Below, one piece after another: positions 9,858-20,771 of a stretch of 64,000 nucleotides of DNA. Made by a program: the position numbers and the translations under genes. The notes beneath the pieces are model-generated. The model was given only the letters and a program-made list of their open reading frames with translations, searched no databases and was not told the DNA's origin. Origin of the DNA: Vulcanimicrobiota bacterium (lineage in GTDB: Bacteria > Vulcanimicrobiota > Vulcanimicrobiia > Vulcanimicrobiales > Vulcanimicrobiaceae); the NCBI GenBank assembly GCA_963714015.1, contig OY970223.1, positions 1,088,001-1,152,000 on the forward strand. Direction: 5' to 3'. Every line of letters begins with the position of its first letter. Within the stretch, counting starts at the first letter, position 1.

Positions 9858-12707
9858 TTAGCGGTGCGCTCGTAGGGCGCGTTCGATTGAATCGACCGCA
9901 GCGGCAGCTTGTTCCGTCGGAACGGCGTCGGCTCCCTCTACTACGTCGAGAAGCGCCGAAAGCTGATCGTTCATAGCGGCCATTTGCGGATTGGATCGAG
10001 CGGCATAGGTGCGATTCATGAGTTCGACGATGCGGCTTGCCAGCGCGAACTGTTCGCGCAATCCGGCCTGCGAGATCGCGACCCGCGGATCCATCCGCAG
10101 GCGCAGCGGCCGCGTGTACGTGCGGCCGTCTACGGTCATCTTCACGGTATACGTCCCCGGAAGCGCCAGGACGCCTTGCGGAATGCGCGGGGTATCCTCG
10201 TATATGGCCGAAATCGGATAGTCGTGCGTGACCGCATCGGGATCCCCGTAGCGATAGTCCCAAACGAAGCGGTGCAGCCCCGCGGTGGCTGCGGGAATTT
10301 GCGTCCGCGCTACCCAGTACGTCGGCTTGTCGATCTCCGGAACGATCGGAATCGGCTGGTCCGTGCTGCTGAAATGGCGGACCAGATGACCGGCGCTGTC
10401 GTATATGGCAAGCGTAAGGGGGCCGCTCGCGTCCTGCGGCAAGTAGTAGTCGATGACGGCGCCGTCCGGGGGATTCTCTCCCGCCGGTTCTTCGGGCGGC
10501 AGCGGAGTATCCGTCCACGTGTCGCGGCGCAAACGGTACGCGCCGGCCGGTTTGAACAAATACGGCCGGGTGCCCGTTGCCGCTGTGTCGCGCAGTGCGC
10601 TGACGTCGTCCAGGATCCAGAACGAACGGCCGTGCGTCCCGACCACGAGATCGTTGCCGTGCACGACCAGATCGCGGATCGAAGTGGACGGAAGATTGAA
10701 CTGCAGAGGCTGCCACAGTTTACCATCATCCAAGGAGACGTAGACGGTTTGCTCGTTCCCCGCATACAACAGACCGCGCCGCACCGGGTCTTCGCGCACC
10801 GTGTTCGTCGATTGGCCGGCCGGGAGCCCCGAGGTAACGAGTTGCCACGTGCGGCCACCGTCGTGCGTGCGATAGACGTAGGGACGATAATCGTCGATCC
10901 GGGTTGCGTTAACCGCGACGTATGCGGTGCCCGCATCGAAATGCGAGGCATCGATCTGCGCGATCTGACTCCATGAAGCGATGCCGCGAGGCGTTACGTT
11001 TTGCCAGCGCCGCCCGCCGTCGCGCGTGACCCACACCAGTCCGTCATCGGTCCCGGCCCAAATCGTGTTCTTGTCGATGTAGGACGGAGCGATGCTGAAG
11101 ATTTCACCGCGATGCACGCCGTTCGCCAGCGGTGAGTCTTTAAATGCGCCTAAGTTCGCGGGAACGCCGGGATTGCTGCGGGTGAGATCGGGGCTGATCG
11201 TCTTCCAATGATAGCCGCCGTCCGTAGTTGCAAGCATGACGTTCGATCCGAGATACAGCGTGCGCTTGTCGACGTAGCTGAAAATGATCGGCGTCGTGCG
11301 GTTGAACCGGAGCGTTCCGCCATACGAAGGTGAAACGTCTTGAGTCTGCTGCGTGCGTTCGTCGTAACGGGAAACCACGCCGATTCCGGCTCCGTAGATA
11401 AGGTTGGGATGAAGCGGATCGGGCGCGATGTACGCGTACTCTTGCGCGCCTACCGGGTGAAAATAGCGGATCCAGATTTCTCCGTCTTCGCTGCGGCTCG
11501 CAACTTCCGCGCTTCCGCTCTCCTGCTGTCCGCCGAAGACCCAGTAGGGAAAGCGATTGTCCGTGATGACGTGATAGAACTGCGCGGTCGGCTGATTGTA
11601 CCAGCTGCTCCACGTCTTGCCGTAATTCACGGAAAGCGTGGCACCCTGATCGACGCCGAGCAAAATGACGTTGCGGTCCGTCGGGTCGATCCAGATCGTG
11701 TGATAGTCGTCCCCGCCGGGCGCGCCTTTGGTGGGAACCCACGTCTTGCCGGCGTCCGTCGATCGATACATCGACGTGTTGGCGACGTAGACGACGTCCG
11801 CGTCGGTCGGATCGACGGCCACGCCCGAGAAGTCGTCGCCGCGCCCGCAGACGCGCTCCTCCGAATCGGTCTGCGTCCAAGAAGCTCCCGCATCGCTCGA
11901 TCGGTATATCCCGCAGCTCTTGGCGCCGTTCACCCAAGCGTAAAGCCGGCTGGAATTGCTCGGAGCCACCGCCACGCCGATCCGGCCCACACCGGACGGC
12001 AAGCCGGTCTTGAGCTGCGTCCACGTAGTGCCGCCGTCGGTCGACTTATAGAGTCCGCCGTCCTGCCAAATCTGCAGCGTGTCGCGCAGGCGCCACGGCG
12101 GATTGCGGCCGGCCCAAAGATCCGCATAGAGCGTATCGGGATGATTCGGATCGATAACCACGGTCGCCGATCCCGTGTCGGCGTCTTTGCCCAGCACTTT
12201 TTGCCACGTTCGCCCGCCGTCGGTGCTTCGGTAAACGCCGCGCTCGGCATTCGGTCCGTACGGGTCACCCATCACCGCAGCGTACACGCGATCCGGCGAT
12301 CGCGGATCGACGGCAATCGCGCCGATCTGCATGCCGTCGCGCAGGCCTAAATGCGTCCACGTTTTCCCGGCGTCCGTCGACTTATAGATACCGTCGCCCG
12401 TGGAGAGATCGGGACGGCGCAAACCTTCGCCTGACCCGGCATAAATGACGTTCTGATCGCTCGGCGCTACTGCAAGCGCGCCGATCGAGCCGGTGTCTTG
12501 TCCGTCGAAGATGGGCTTCCACGTGCGCCCGTAATCGGTGCTCTTCCATACACCGCCGTCGGTTGCGCCGAAGTAATAGACACCCCGCTGCGCCGGTGCG
12601 CCGGCCACCGCGACGGTTCTGCCGCCGCGAAACGGTCCGATGAGCCGCCAATGAAAAGCCGTCTGCCCCTGTGTCAAGAGCGCGGCAGAAAAAGCAAGTG
12701 CGAGCAT
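9858..12707 (-). CDS. Secreted BNR/Asp-box (VPS10-like) repeat glycosyl hydrolase
   Basis: WRLIGPFRGGR, many S/TxDxGxTW repeats, ATHGR-like VGTHGRSFW, C-terminal PGTYTV. Confidence 0.88.
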   Translation of the reverse strand: MLALAFSAALLTQGQTAFHWRLIGPFRGGRTVAVAGAPAQRGVYYFGATDGGVWKSTDYGRTWKPIFDGQDTGSIGALAVAPSDQNVIYAGSGEGLRRPDLSTGDGIYKSTDAGKTWTHLGLRDGMQIGAIAVDPRSPDRVYAAVMGDPYGPNAERGVYRSTDGGRTWQKVLGKDADTGSATVVIDPNHPDTLYADLWAGRNPPWRLRDTLQIWQDGGLYKSTDGGTTWTQLKTGLPSGVGRIGVAVAPSNSSRLYAWVNGAKSCGIYRSSDAGASWTQTDSEERVCGRGDDFSGVAVDPTDADVVYVANTSMYRSTDAGKTWVPTKGAPGGDDYHTIWIDPTDRNVILLGVDQGATLSVNYGKTWSSWYNQPTAQFYHVITDNRFPYWVFGGQQESGSAEVASRSEDGEIWIRYFHPVGAQEYAYIAPDPLHPNLIYGAGIGVVSRYDERTQQTQDVSPSYGGTLRFNRTTPIIFSYVDKRTLYLGSNVMLATTDGGYHWKTISPDLTRSNPGVPANLGAFKDSPLANGVHRGEIFSIAPSYIDKNTIWAGTDDGLVWVTRDGGRRWQNVTPRGIASWSQIAQIDASHFDAGTAYVAVNATRIDDYRPYVYRTHDGGRTWQLVTSGLPAGQSTNTVREDPVRRGLLYAGNEQTVYVSLDDGKLWQPLQFNLPSTSIRDLVVHGNDLVVGTHGRSFWILDDVSALRDTAATGTRPYLFKPAGAYRLRRDTWTDTPLPPEEPAGENPPDGAVIDYYLPQDASGPLTLAIYDSAGHLVRHFSSTDQPIPIVPEIDKPTYWVARTQIPAATAGLHRFVWDYRYGDPDAVTHDYPISAIYEDTPRIPQGVLALPGTYTVKMTVDGRTYTRPLRLRMDPRVAISQAGLREQFALASRIVELMNRTYAARSNPQMAAMNDQLSALLDVVEGADAVPTEQAAAAVDSIERALRAHR

Positions 12708-12746
12708 TTGCTCGCACTTGGCTCACGTTCGAAGGCTTCCTGCGCT

Positions 12747-13418
12747 CTACCGCTTGCGGATTTTGCGGCGCTTGGGCTGAAAAGGACCGCCGATCTTGAG
12801 CGCTTTGTTGCGCGGCAGCGACGCATCGACGTCCTGGCAGCCGATGGGTGAGAAATCCCGGCAGTCACCGGGGCGGGCTTCGTAAACGCCGCAGTAATAC
12901 CGGCCGGGCGCCGCTTCCTTTAGAAACACGCAGCGATCGGCTACGTCATCCGTGATTTTTCTAACCCACCCCAGATAAAAACCGTCGGCGGATTTGCGTT
13001 TGACGATGTACTCGTCCAAAACTTCTTTCGGCGGCATATTGAGGAAGCGCGCCAGGCGATCGACGTCGCCGCGGCTCACGAACGGCTCGTAACCGCTGCA
13101 GCACTCCGCGCAGCCCGGCGGGCACGCGATATTCTCGGGCAAGTCTCTGTGGTGTTTGCGCGCCAGCTCGATGACCTTTGCAATCGCCGCGACGAGCTCC
13201 GGATCGTCGTTGTACTTGTACTCCCACTCGCGCACGCTGATCTCGTTTGCGTTGTAATAGCGCGTGATGCTTTCGTTGTACGTTACGGTGATGTGCTCTT
13301 CGTCGATCTCGATCTTCTTGACGTGTTCGATGGGGCGCGCGTCGAGCATCTCCGGATGCGCGGGCTGGCCGGTTTCGCGCGCGTAGTTTCGCAGGGTAAT
13401 CAGGTCGATGGTTTCCAT
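12747..13418 (-). CDS. YkgJ-family (CxxCxxCC) cysteine-cluster protein
   Basis: CPPGCAECC, CVFL, CGVYEARPGDCRDF. Confidence 0.85.
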   Translation of the reverse strand: METIDLITLRNYARETGQPAHPEMLDARPIEHVKKIEIDEEHITVTYNESITRYYNANEISVREWEYKYNDDPELVAAIAKVIELARKHHRDLPENIACPPGCAECCSGYEPFVSRGDVDRLARFLNMPPKEVLDEYIVKRKSADGFYLGWVRKITDDVADRCVFLKEAAPGRYYCGVYEARPGDCRDFSPIGCQDVDASLPRNKALKIGGPFQPKRRKIRKR

Positions 13419-13509
13419 GTCGGATAGGGGCTTCGACAAATGGCTCGAAACTGCCCCCAGTCTTTAGGAAACCGCTGAATTATTTCAGGGTTCTTTAGGG
13501 AGGAGCAGA

Positions 13510-14472
13510 GTGCGCAAGGCCATCGGCGTGGATTTGGGCGGTTCCCACGTAACCGCTGCGGTCGTGCAAGAAGACGGCAAGATTCTCTCGCAGCACGAAC
13601 AGGACATCAACGATCGTGCGTTCGACGCCGTGATTGCGTCCGTCGAAGAGGTGACCAAGAACGCGCTCAAGGACGCCAAGGATGACGACTTAGCCGGCAT
13701 CGGCATCGGATCGCCGGGGAACATAGATCTGCCGAGCGGCGCCGTTCTCTGGTCGCCCAATTTCTTATGGACCAATGCGCCGCTGGGCGAACGGCTGCGG
13801 GCGACCTTCCGGCTGCCGATTTTCGTCGCGAACGACGCGCGCTGCGCAACTCTGGGCGAGTACATGTTCGGAACGGGGAGCGGAACCGAGAACTTCGTGC
13901 TGCTCACGCTCGGTACCGGCATAGGCGGCGGCATCGTATCGAACGGCGAGCTGCTGATCGGACATCGAGCGGGTGCGGGCGAGATCGGACATCATCAGAT
14001 ACGGCCGACGGACGGATTCATCTGCGGTTGCGGCAAGATCGGTTGTTTTGAAGCGCAGGCATCCGGCACCGGTTTATTGCGCCACGCAGTCGCCGTCGCG
14101 CCCTCTTTTCCGCGCAGCGTACTGCTCGACAAGAGTAAAGACAAACTGGGCTCCAAAGCGATTCGCCGCGCCGCTCAAGCGGGGGACTTGCACGCTTTGG
14201 CGGCCTGGCGCAATTACACCGGCGATCTGGCGCTCGGACTGGCGAACATCATCGCGTTCATCAATCCTCAACGGATTGCGCTTGGCGGGGGCGTGAGTTC
14301 CGCGGGCGAGTTTATGCTCGAGGCTGTTCGCGCGCGCGTCGACCAGCTCACGACGATGGTTCCTCCCGGCACGACCGAGATCGTCATCGCGCAGCTCGGC
14401 AACGACGCCGGACAAGTCGGCGCCGCTACGGTCGCGTTTCAAGGCGGATTAAAGCGCAGCCATGCGCGCTAA
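13510..14472 (+). CDS. ROK-family sugar kinase (glucokinase)
   Basis: IGVDLGGS, ANDARCA, TLGTGIGGG, GEIGH, CGCGKIGCFE; SD GGAGG. Confidence 0.92.
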   Translation: MRKAIGVDLGGSHVTAAVVQEDGKILSQHEQDINDRAFDAVIASVEEVTKNALKDAKDDDLAGIGIGSPGNIDLPSGAVLWSPNFLWTNAPLGERLRATFRLPIFVANDARCATLGEYMFGTGSGTENFVLLTLGTGIGGGIVSNGELLIGHRAGAGEIGHHQIRPTDGFICGCGKIGCFEAQASGTGLLRHAVAVAPSFPRSVLLDKSKDKLGSKAIRRAAQAGDLHALAAWRNYTGDLALGLANIIAFINPQRIALGGGVSSAGEFMLEAVRARVDQLTTMVPPGTTEIVIAQLGNDAGQVGAATVAFQGGLKRSHAR

Positions 14473-15232
14473 GCTCGCGCTCGTCACGGGGGGTTCAGGC
14501 GGCATCGGACTCGAGCTCGCGCGATTGTTCGCGCAAGCCGGATACGACCTGGCTTTGGTTGCGCGCGGCGCACTGAAGCTCGAAGAGGGTGCGCAAGCGC
14601 TGAGCTCGGCCTTCGGCGTCAACGTCAAAAGGATGGCTCTCGATTTGGCGCAGCCTGGTGCGGCGGCGGACGTCTTCTCGCAGATACCGGCATGCGACGT
14701 GCTGGTCAACAACGCCGGTTTTGCGAACAGCGGCCCGTTCGCGGCGGCGGACCGGCAAGCCGTTTCGAGCGAACTGCAGCTGGACGTCGTTGCGCTCACC
14801 GAGCTCACGCGGCTGTACTTGCCCGGAATGCTGGAGCGTCGCGACGGAAAGGTTTTAAACGTCGCTTCCACAGCGGCATTCGTTCCGGGCCCAAACATGG
14901 CAGTGTATTATGCCGCCAAAGCTTACGTGCTTTCATTCTCCGAAGCGCTTGCGGAAGAAGTGCGCGCGGGCGGCGTTACCGTAACGTGCCTCTGCCCGGG
15001 AGCGACCGATACCGGTTTCCAGAAGCGCGCCGGAATCGAACGAACGCCGTTGATTCGCCTTGGCATGGCGGACGCAGGAAAGGTCGCGAAGGCGGGATTC
15101 GAAGGTTTGATGCGCGGCAAGCGCGTCGTCATTCCCGGCTTGACGAATAAACTCGTCGCTTTTTCACCGCGCATCTCACCCCGCGGTTTATTGTTGGCGA
15201 TCTCCGCCCGCCTCGTGAAAAGCTCAAACTAG
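14462..15232 (+). CDS. SDR-family oxidoreductase
   Basis: TGGSGGIG, NNAG, YYAAK. Confidence 0.92.
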   Translation: MRAKLALVTGGSGGIGLELARLFAQAGYDLALVARGALKLEEGAQALSSAFGVNVKRMALDLAQPGAAADVFSQIPACDVLVNNAGFANSGPFAAADRQAVSSELQLDVVALTELTRLYLPGMLERRDGKVLNVASTAAFVPGPNMAVYYAAKAYVLSFSEALAEEVRAGGVTVTCLCPGATDTGFQKRAGIERTPLIRLGMADAGKVAKAGFEGLMRGKRVVIPGLTNKLVAFSPRISPRGLLLAISARLVKSSN

Positions 15233-15368
15233 AAGGCGGGCCAAGGATACACGAATGTTTATCGTCGGCCTGCTTTCGCAGTTCGAACGACCCGACGCGT
15301 AAATTGATCTTTCTGGATAGACTCGTCGCGGCCGGCCGGCATATGAACGCCCAACGCGTTAATCAGAG

Positions 15369-16085
15369 TCATTGGGGCGCCGAGGCTTGGCGCCGGATGT
15401 TGCCGGGAAGCCGTTCGTAGAACTGATAGTTGGAGTATGTGACCGTTGCGCGCTCGCGCAGCCAGAAGAGCAGTCCATGTCCGCGCACGTGCGCCTGCAC
15501 GTCGCTTGGGAACACGAAGGAGCCGAAGCGCCCGAAGTGTTCTTCTAAGTCGACGGTCACGCCTGAATCGTCGAAAGTGCCCGCGGCGCCCACCGGCGTG
15601 AGCGATACCGGGTCCACATAGAGCCGGCCGAACGGATTGTCGCTTGTATCCCCGTCCGTATCGCGGCAAACGGCGCTGAGCGAAATCTCCAGTACGCTGC
15701 TGCCTTCCCAGGTCGTCTTCTTTTCGGATTGCGGCACGTAGCACTGCGGCCGGAAGGCGGGACGGGTGACCGGATTGGTGTTTTGACGGCTTTCATAATG
15801 GCCGGTGGAGAAGTTCTGCAGCGTTCCCTCTACCACGGCTCCGTCTTTGGTGCGCACGAAAACCGTCTGAAAAGGTTCGGAATCCCCGGCGATGCCGTGC
15901 GCACTCGCACTCGTTTGAAACGAGACGTATGGCGGACGGCTGGGGTGCTGCAGCATGAAGACGGCCTTGGCGTAATCGTCGGCTGGAATCATGCCGGATA
16001 TACATGCCGGCGCTCCCTCTTGTTTCGCGTCGCCATACGGCGGGAGGGCTCTCGCAGCGCCAAGAATTGCTCCTGCACAGCACAT
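15369..16085 (-). CDS. Hypothetical exported beta-rich protein (start uncertain)
   Basis: 238-aa ORF, divergent from the receptor gene. Confidence 0.55.
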   Translation of the reverse strand: MCCAGAILGAARALPPYGDAKQEGAPACISGMIPADDYAKAVFMLQHPSRPPYVSFQTSASAHGIAGDSEPFQTVFVRTKDGAVVEGTLQNFSTGHYESRQNTNPVTRPAFRPQCYVPQSEKKTTWEGSSVLEISLSAVCRDTDGDTSDNPFGRLYVDPVSLTPVGAAGTFDDSGVTVDLEEHFGRFGSFVFPSDVQAHVRGHGLLFWLRERATVTYSNYQFYERLPGNIRRQASAPQ

Positions 16086-16111
16086 CTTCGAGTGAGTGGA
16101 GGAGAGCTCAG

Positions 16112-19100
16112 ATGGGCATTCGGCGCAGTTCGTACCGTTGGATCGCGCGGGCGATCGCGGCGGCTTGCTTTTCAGTACTATTCATCACGTTTTCGACTCT
16201 GCCGGCCTTTGCTTCGACGGTCGGCGTCATCAGCGGCGTCGTGACGGACGCGAGCACGGGAGCGCCGCTGTCCAACGTTTCGGTGGTGGCGCAGTCCCCC
16301 AGCGGCCGATATGGCGGCGCAACGGACGCGCACGGGTTTTACTCGCTGGCCGGAGTGCAGGCCGACACCTACAGCGTCAGCTTCAACAAGAGCGGCTATC
16401 AAGCGATCTCGATCGCGGGCGTGGGCGTGTTCGCGGATCAGACGCAAACCGTCTCGGCGAAACTCTGGAAAGAGCTGCGCACGATTGCGAGCGTGCGATC
16501 GTCTGCTGTCGGCAGCGCCTACCATCCGACCCAGACGACGGACACGTATACCGTCTCGGCGCCCCAGGTTCAGAACTTTCAAGGGACCGTATTCAATAGC
16601 GATGAGTCCAATCTCATAGCGTCCCTTCCCGGCGGCATGTACGACTCGAGCGGCTATCCGGTGATTCACGGCGGTCGCGAGTACGAGAACGATTTCGAGT
16701 TCGAAGGCATTCCGTATACCGACGCATACTCGAATCAGTTCGTAAACTCGCTCGCACAGCCGACGATCGGCGTGGCCGAGGTCGAGCTTACGCCCGGCGC
16801 GGGCAACGCGACCGTCTCGACCAACGGACAAGGCTCGTTCAACGTCGTGGCAAAGCGCGGAACGTATCCTTCATACTTCGATTTTGGAACGAACGTGCGC
16901 GGCGGCGGTGAATACGACCACGGCTTCATCATGGATTGGAGTCTGGGCGACACCGGACAGCCGGTTTTCAAACTACATGACGTTTCAAGGCGACAACCGC
17001 GTTCCGATCATGGACAGCCAAGGCTTGCCGCTGGCGTACGTCGGCGGTTTCGGTGACGACCGTCTGGATGTCAACCGCGAGTTTCTCGACAACTTCGTCT
17101 TCCGGTTCGGACCATCGAAGAATCAGTCGCTGCAGCTGTTCACCGATATTGCCCAGCACAATTTCTATACCGGGCAAGGCGGCTTGGGCAATCTATGCTT
17201 CATGACCTGCGATCCGGTGATCACGCAGGTCTATGGCGGCATCTGGGGCCTCTCACCCGCGCAGATGACTGCGATCACACCCATGATCGCCTATCAAAAC
17301 AGTCCGAACGAAACGCTCGCGGATGCGAACCGCGCGCCGACGACGTACTATCAGCCGAATCAAGCGTACAAGGCGGAGTACACGATCAATCTCAATCCCT
17401 CCACGTATCTCTCCGAGGAGTGGTATCGCGTCAACTCGACCACGATTTTCGACATCGCGAACACGCTCGGCAGCATCACGGGCGACGGCTACATCTATCA
17501 GGGCGGGCAAACAACGGGCAGCAGAACGGAGTTCACTAAACAGCTGAACCGCCAAAACCTGCTCCAGCTGGCCTTTGACTACAATTACATCAAGCCCGAC
17601 GATCAGTGGATTTCACCGACCTTCCAATACTTCGGAGCGCTGATCGGCACGTCGGATCAGTTCTCGCTTCCGTACGCGTTCGTCAATCCGAGCGATCCCA
17701 ACTGCCCGGTTGCCGATACGCCGACGGGCTATGACTATTGCGGATACGCGTACGGCGCGAACCCGAGCGCTTCGCAGGCTGCAGTTTCCTCCCTTCGACC
17801 AGATCGACACCGTAACGCGCGAAGACTACTCGCTTGGCATCAACGACAAAATCGATTTTACCGACAAATTCAAATTGGAACTTGGCCTGCGCGCCGATCA
17901 TGCGACCTATCTGATGCCCGCCCCCGGAGTCGATCCGGCGACCTGCACGACGGAGTATTTGCCGCAGACTTGGCTGCCCAATCCGGCATTCAAACCGATC
18001 GTCGATTCCAACGGCAATCCGACGGGCGCGACCTTCGGCAACGGCAACTGCCCTTACTCGGCGACGTACGGATTCAACAACGATTACTTCAAACCGACGA
18101 TCTGGCAGCCCCGAACGGGCCTCTCCTACGAACTGGATCCGAATACGGCCATTCGCGTTACGTATAACCGCAGCGTAACGTTCCCGCCAATCGCCACCGT
18201 AGCGTTCGGGCAGATCGATCCGTCGTTTTATGGGAATCCCTACGGCAAACTGCCGGCTTACAACCTCAACTTCAATGCATCGCCGGGCTGTGCGCCGGTG
18301 ACGGCGGCAAATCCCAACGGCGTTTGTGCGCCGGGCCTGGCAGGGCTGACGCCGGCACAGCGGATCCAAAATCAGACTCAGCACGAATTGCGGCATAAAC
18401 GCATCAGTCGGCAGCAACTCGCTGCTGGTCCCATGCGTTAACTTCGGCGAGCAGCTCTACTGGATCGCGCAGAACTTCGACGGGATTCCGTTCCAGCCGG
18501 TCAAGCCCGAAACCGCCAACAATTATCAGATCACGCTGCAGCACCAGTTTACGAAGGGCTGGCTCAACGGCGTCGCGATGAGCATCGCGCCATGGACGCG
18601 CCACCAGTACGATACGACGGCTCAGCAAGCGCAATTGATCCTCACGCCGAGCGGGCAGCCGCTGGTAGTGAACGGCCAGATCCAGCAGGGTCCAGCCGTT
18701 TTCAACAACAACGCGCACGAGTACGCATCCGGGATCGATCTCGACGTCACGCGAATCGAACCGTACGGACTCAGCGGACAATTGACGGCTTCCTACATCA
18801 ACGAATTCTCGAGCGTCATTCCGCTCAGCGGCTCCGAGGATTTCTATCCGAACATTCCGGCGCCGTCGATTCTGGCCGGGAACGTCTACCGCGTGGGCTT
18901 CCTTTCACCGTTCCAAGCGACGCTGGCTCTTTCGTACAAGACGCGCAGCGGGTGGACGTTCAATCCGCGGTACTATTACGACATCGGCTATCCGACGAGC
19001 ACCGGAACGCTGACCGCCGCAATCATCAACGGCGTGGCGCTCAACCTTCCCAATACCGATGCGGTCGTCGGAACCTCACCGAACGGCCCCGCCTTCTACG

Positions 19101-19507
19101 TCGATCCGCTCAATCCGGGATCGGTATTCAAGCCGAACGTCATCGGAAGTAACGGCACGTCCATGACCAGTTCGCCCGGCGGAAAGCTCTCGCCGCCGAA
19201 CGCCACAGCCGACTTTACGGTCACGTATTCACCGCCGCAGAGCCGCTGGACGATCGGCTTCAACGTGAACAACGTATTCAACGAGATCTATAACGGCGCG
19301 GTGTTCAACGACCGCTTGGCGCCGATCACGCAAGGCGTCAACGGCCCGCTTACGGGTTACTCGAGCAGTACCACGGATTACGCACCGAACGCGCCCTATG
19401 CATGGCCGCGATACGATCCGGGAATCGAATACGGCCAGCAGATGTACGTCGATTTCCCAAACACGATCCCGCGCAATTACTACTTCTTCATGCAAGTGAA
19501 GATCTGA
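16112..19507 (+). CDS. TonB-dependent-receptor-like outer-membrane protein with N-terminal carboxypeptidase-regulatory-like domain; three apparent +1 frameshifts (about 16942, 17778, 18376)
   Basis: Signal peptide; GVISGVVTD...G.Y.....ADTYSVSF domain; plug-like IHGG; barrel motifs LGLRAD, WQPRTGLSY, VKPETANNY, FNVNNVFN; C-terminal YFFMQVKI. Spread over ORFs 16004, 16884, 17710 and 18578. Confidence 0.85.
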
Positions 19508-19514
19508 GGTGCAC

Positions 19515-20769
19515 ATGCGCAAACGATTGGCGTCACGTCGTATTAGCGCCGCAATTGCGGCGGCCTTTCTGGCCGGGTGTTCGACCAACGGCGCAACGAG
19601 CATTCCTTCCAGCGCGCAGGCGCCGCTGACGGGCTTCACCCTGCAAGTCGCCGTCGGTACCGCAATCATCGGCCAAGACGGAAACGCGCCGGCACTCAAC
19701 GTCGTTACGACATTCCGGCAGTCCGGCGGTTCCACCGCAGTGCTCATGGACGATCCGGCGCTCACCGGTCCGGCGGGATTCAAGGTTCCCGCGGGCGCGC
19801 GCGGAGCGTATTCGAATCCCGGCGCGTTTCCGAATATCGGCGGAAACGTCGATGCCGGCACCTCAACGATAAGCACGGCGCCGCAGGTGCCGCTCAACGT
19901 CAATCCGGTAAACACGACGCTCGGAACGTTTACCGGCGCCTTCAGTTACGGATTCGGACCGTTTAATTCGGACAATGTCATGACGTCGGTCGGCGCGTAC
20001 ATGCCGGGCAATCCGAACCAGACGCCGGGCAACGGATTTTTGTCTTCGATCTATGCCGGTTCTTCCGTCATAGCACTCTCGCAGAACACTACGTTTGATG
20101 CCACGCAGCCGCTGCCGTTCTACGGCACGAATCTCATGGACTATCTCGGCGGTCCGCCGGCTTATCCGTTCTTCAAAGACGGCACGTTCCCCGGAACGTT
20201 TGCGGGCTATTCACAAGGCTTTTATCTCTTTGAAACCCCGCCGGTTGCCGGTAGCTACGATCTGTCGGTAAAGATCCCGGCCGTGAATGCTGCGGTCCAG
20301 ACGTACAAAGCATCCGCTACGCTCAAGAGCGCGGCTTCGCCTTTTGGCGGACCGCTCACGGTGGGCGGAATAATCGAAGACGGCAAAGGCGGTTTGAGCG
20401 GAACGGTGACGATCCCGTCGGGCGTTACCGAGGCCATGGTCTACATCGTCGACGCTACCGCAGGGTTGTTCTACACCGTCGGTCCGATCAAAGCAACGGG
20501 AACGCAGAGCTGGACGCTTCCAGACTTTCTTGGACCGTGCAACGGAACCGGATGTCAAAACAGTGCGTCCACGCAAACGGCTTCGATCGCTCCCGGAACC
20601 GTCCGGGCCGAATACGGGCGACGCCTACTTTGTAACGGCCGTAGGCTACGATTATCCGGCGTTCGAAGCGGGGCCCCCGGGCAATACTTCGACCGCACCG
20701 GTCATCACCGGCGCGAACGGCCAGGCAGATTTGATTACGGCCGCGATAACGGGGCCAAACAGCTACTAG
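19515..20769 (+). CDS. Gly/Thr/Pro-rich lipoprotein downstream of the receptor; apparent frameshift at about 20597
   Basis: LAGC lipobox; C-terminus continues in ORF 20530..20769. Confidence 0.7.
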
Positions 20770-20771
20770 TC

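Noticed and set aside
9858..12707. Repeated gacggcggc...tgg DNA units as a CRISPR or other array
   Set aside because: They are degenerate, irregularly spaced, in-frame Asp-box codons
15259..15372. 37-aa ORF coupled by an ATGA overlap on the minus strand
   Set aside because: No recognisable features or independent support
16004..19507. Receptor gene as a pseudogene or programmed-frameshift locus
   Set aside because: All three breaks are +1 at AGCT with no slippery runs or accumulated stops; the same pattern hits housekeeping genes, so an artefact is more likely
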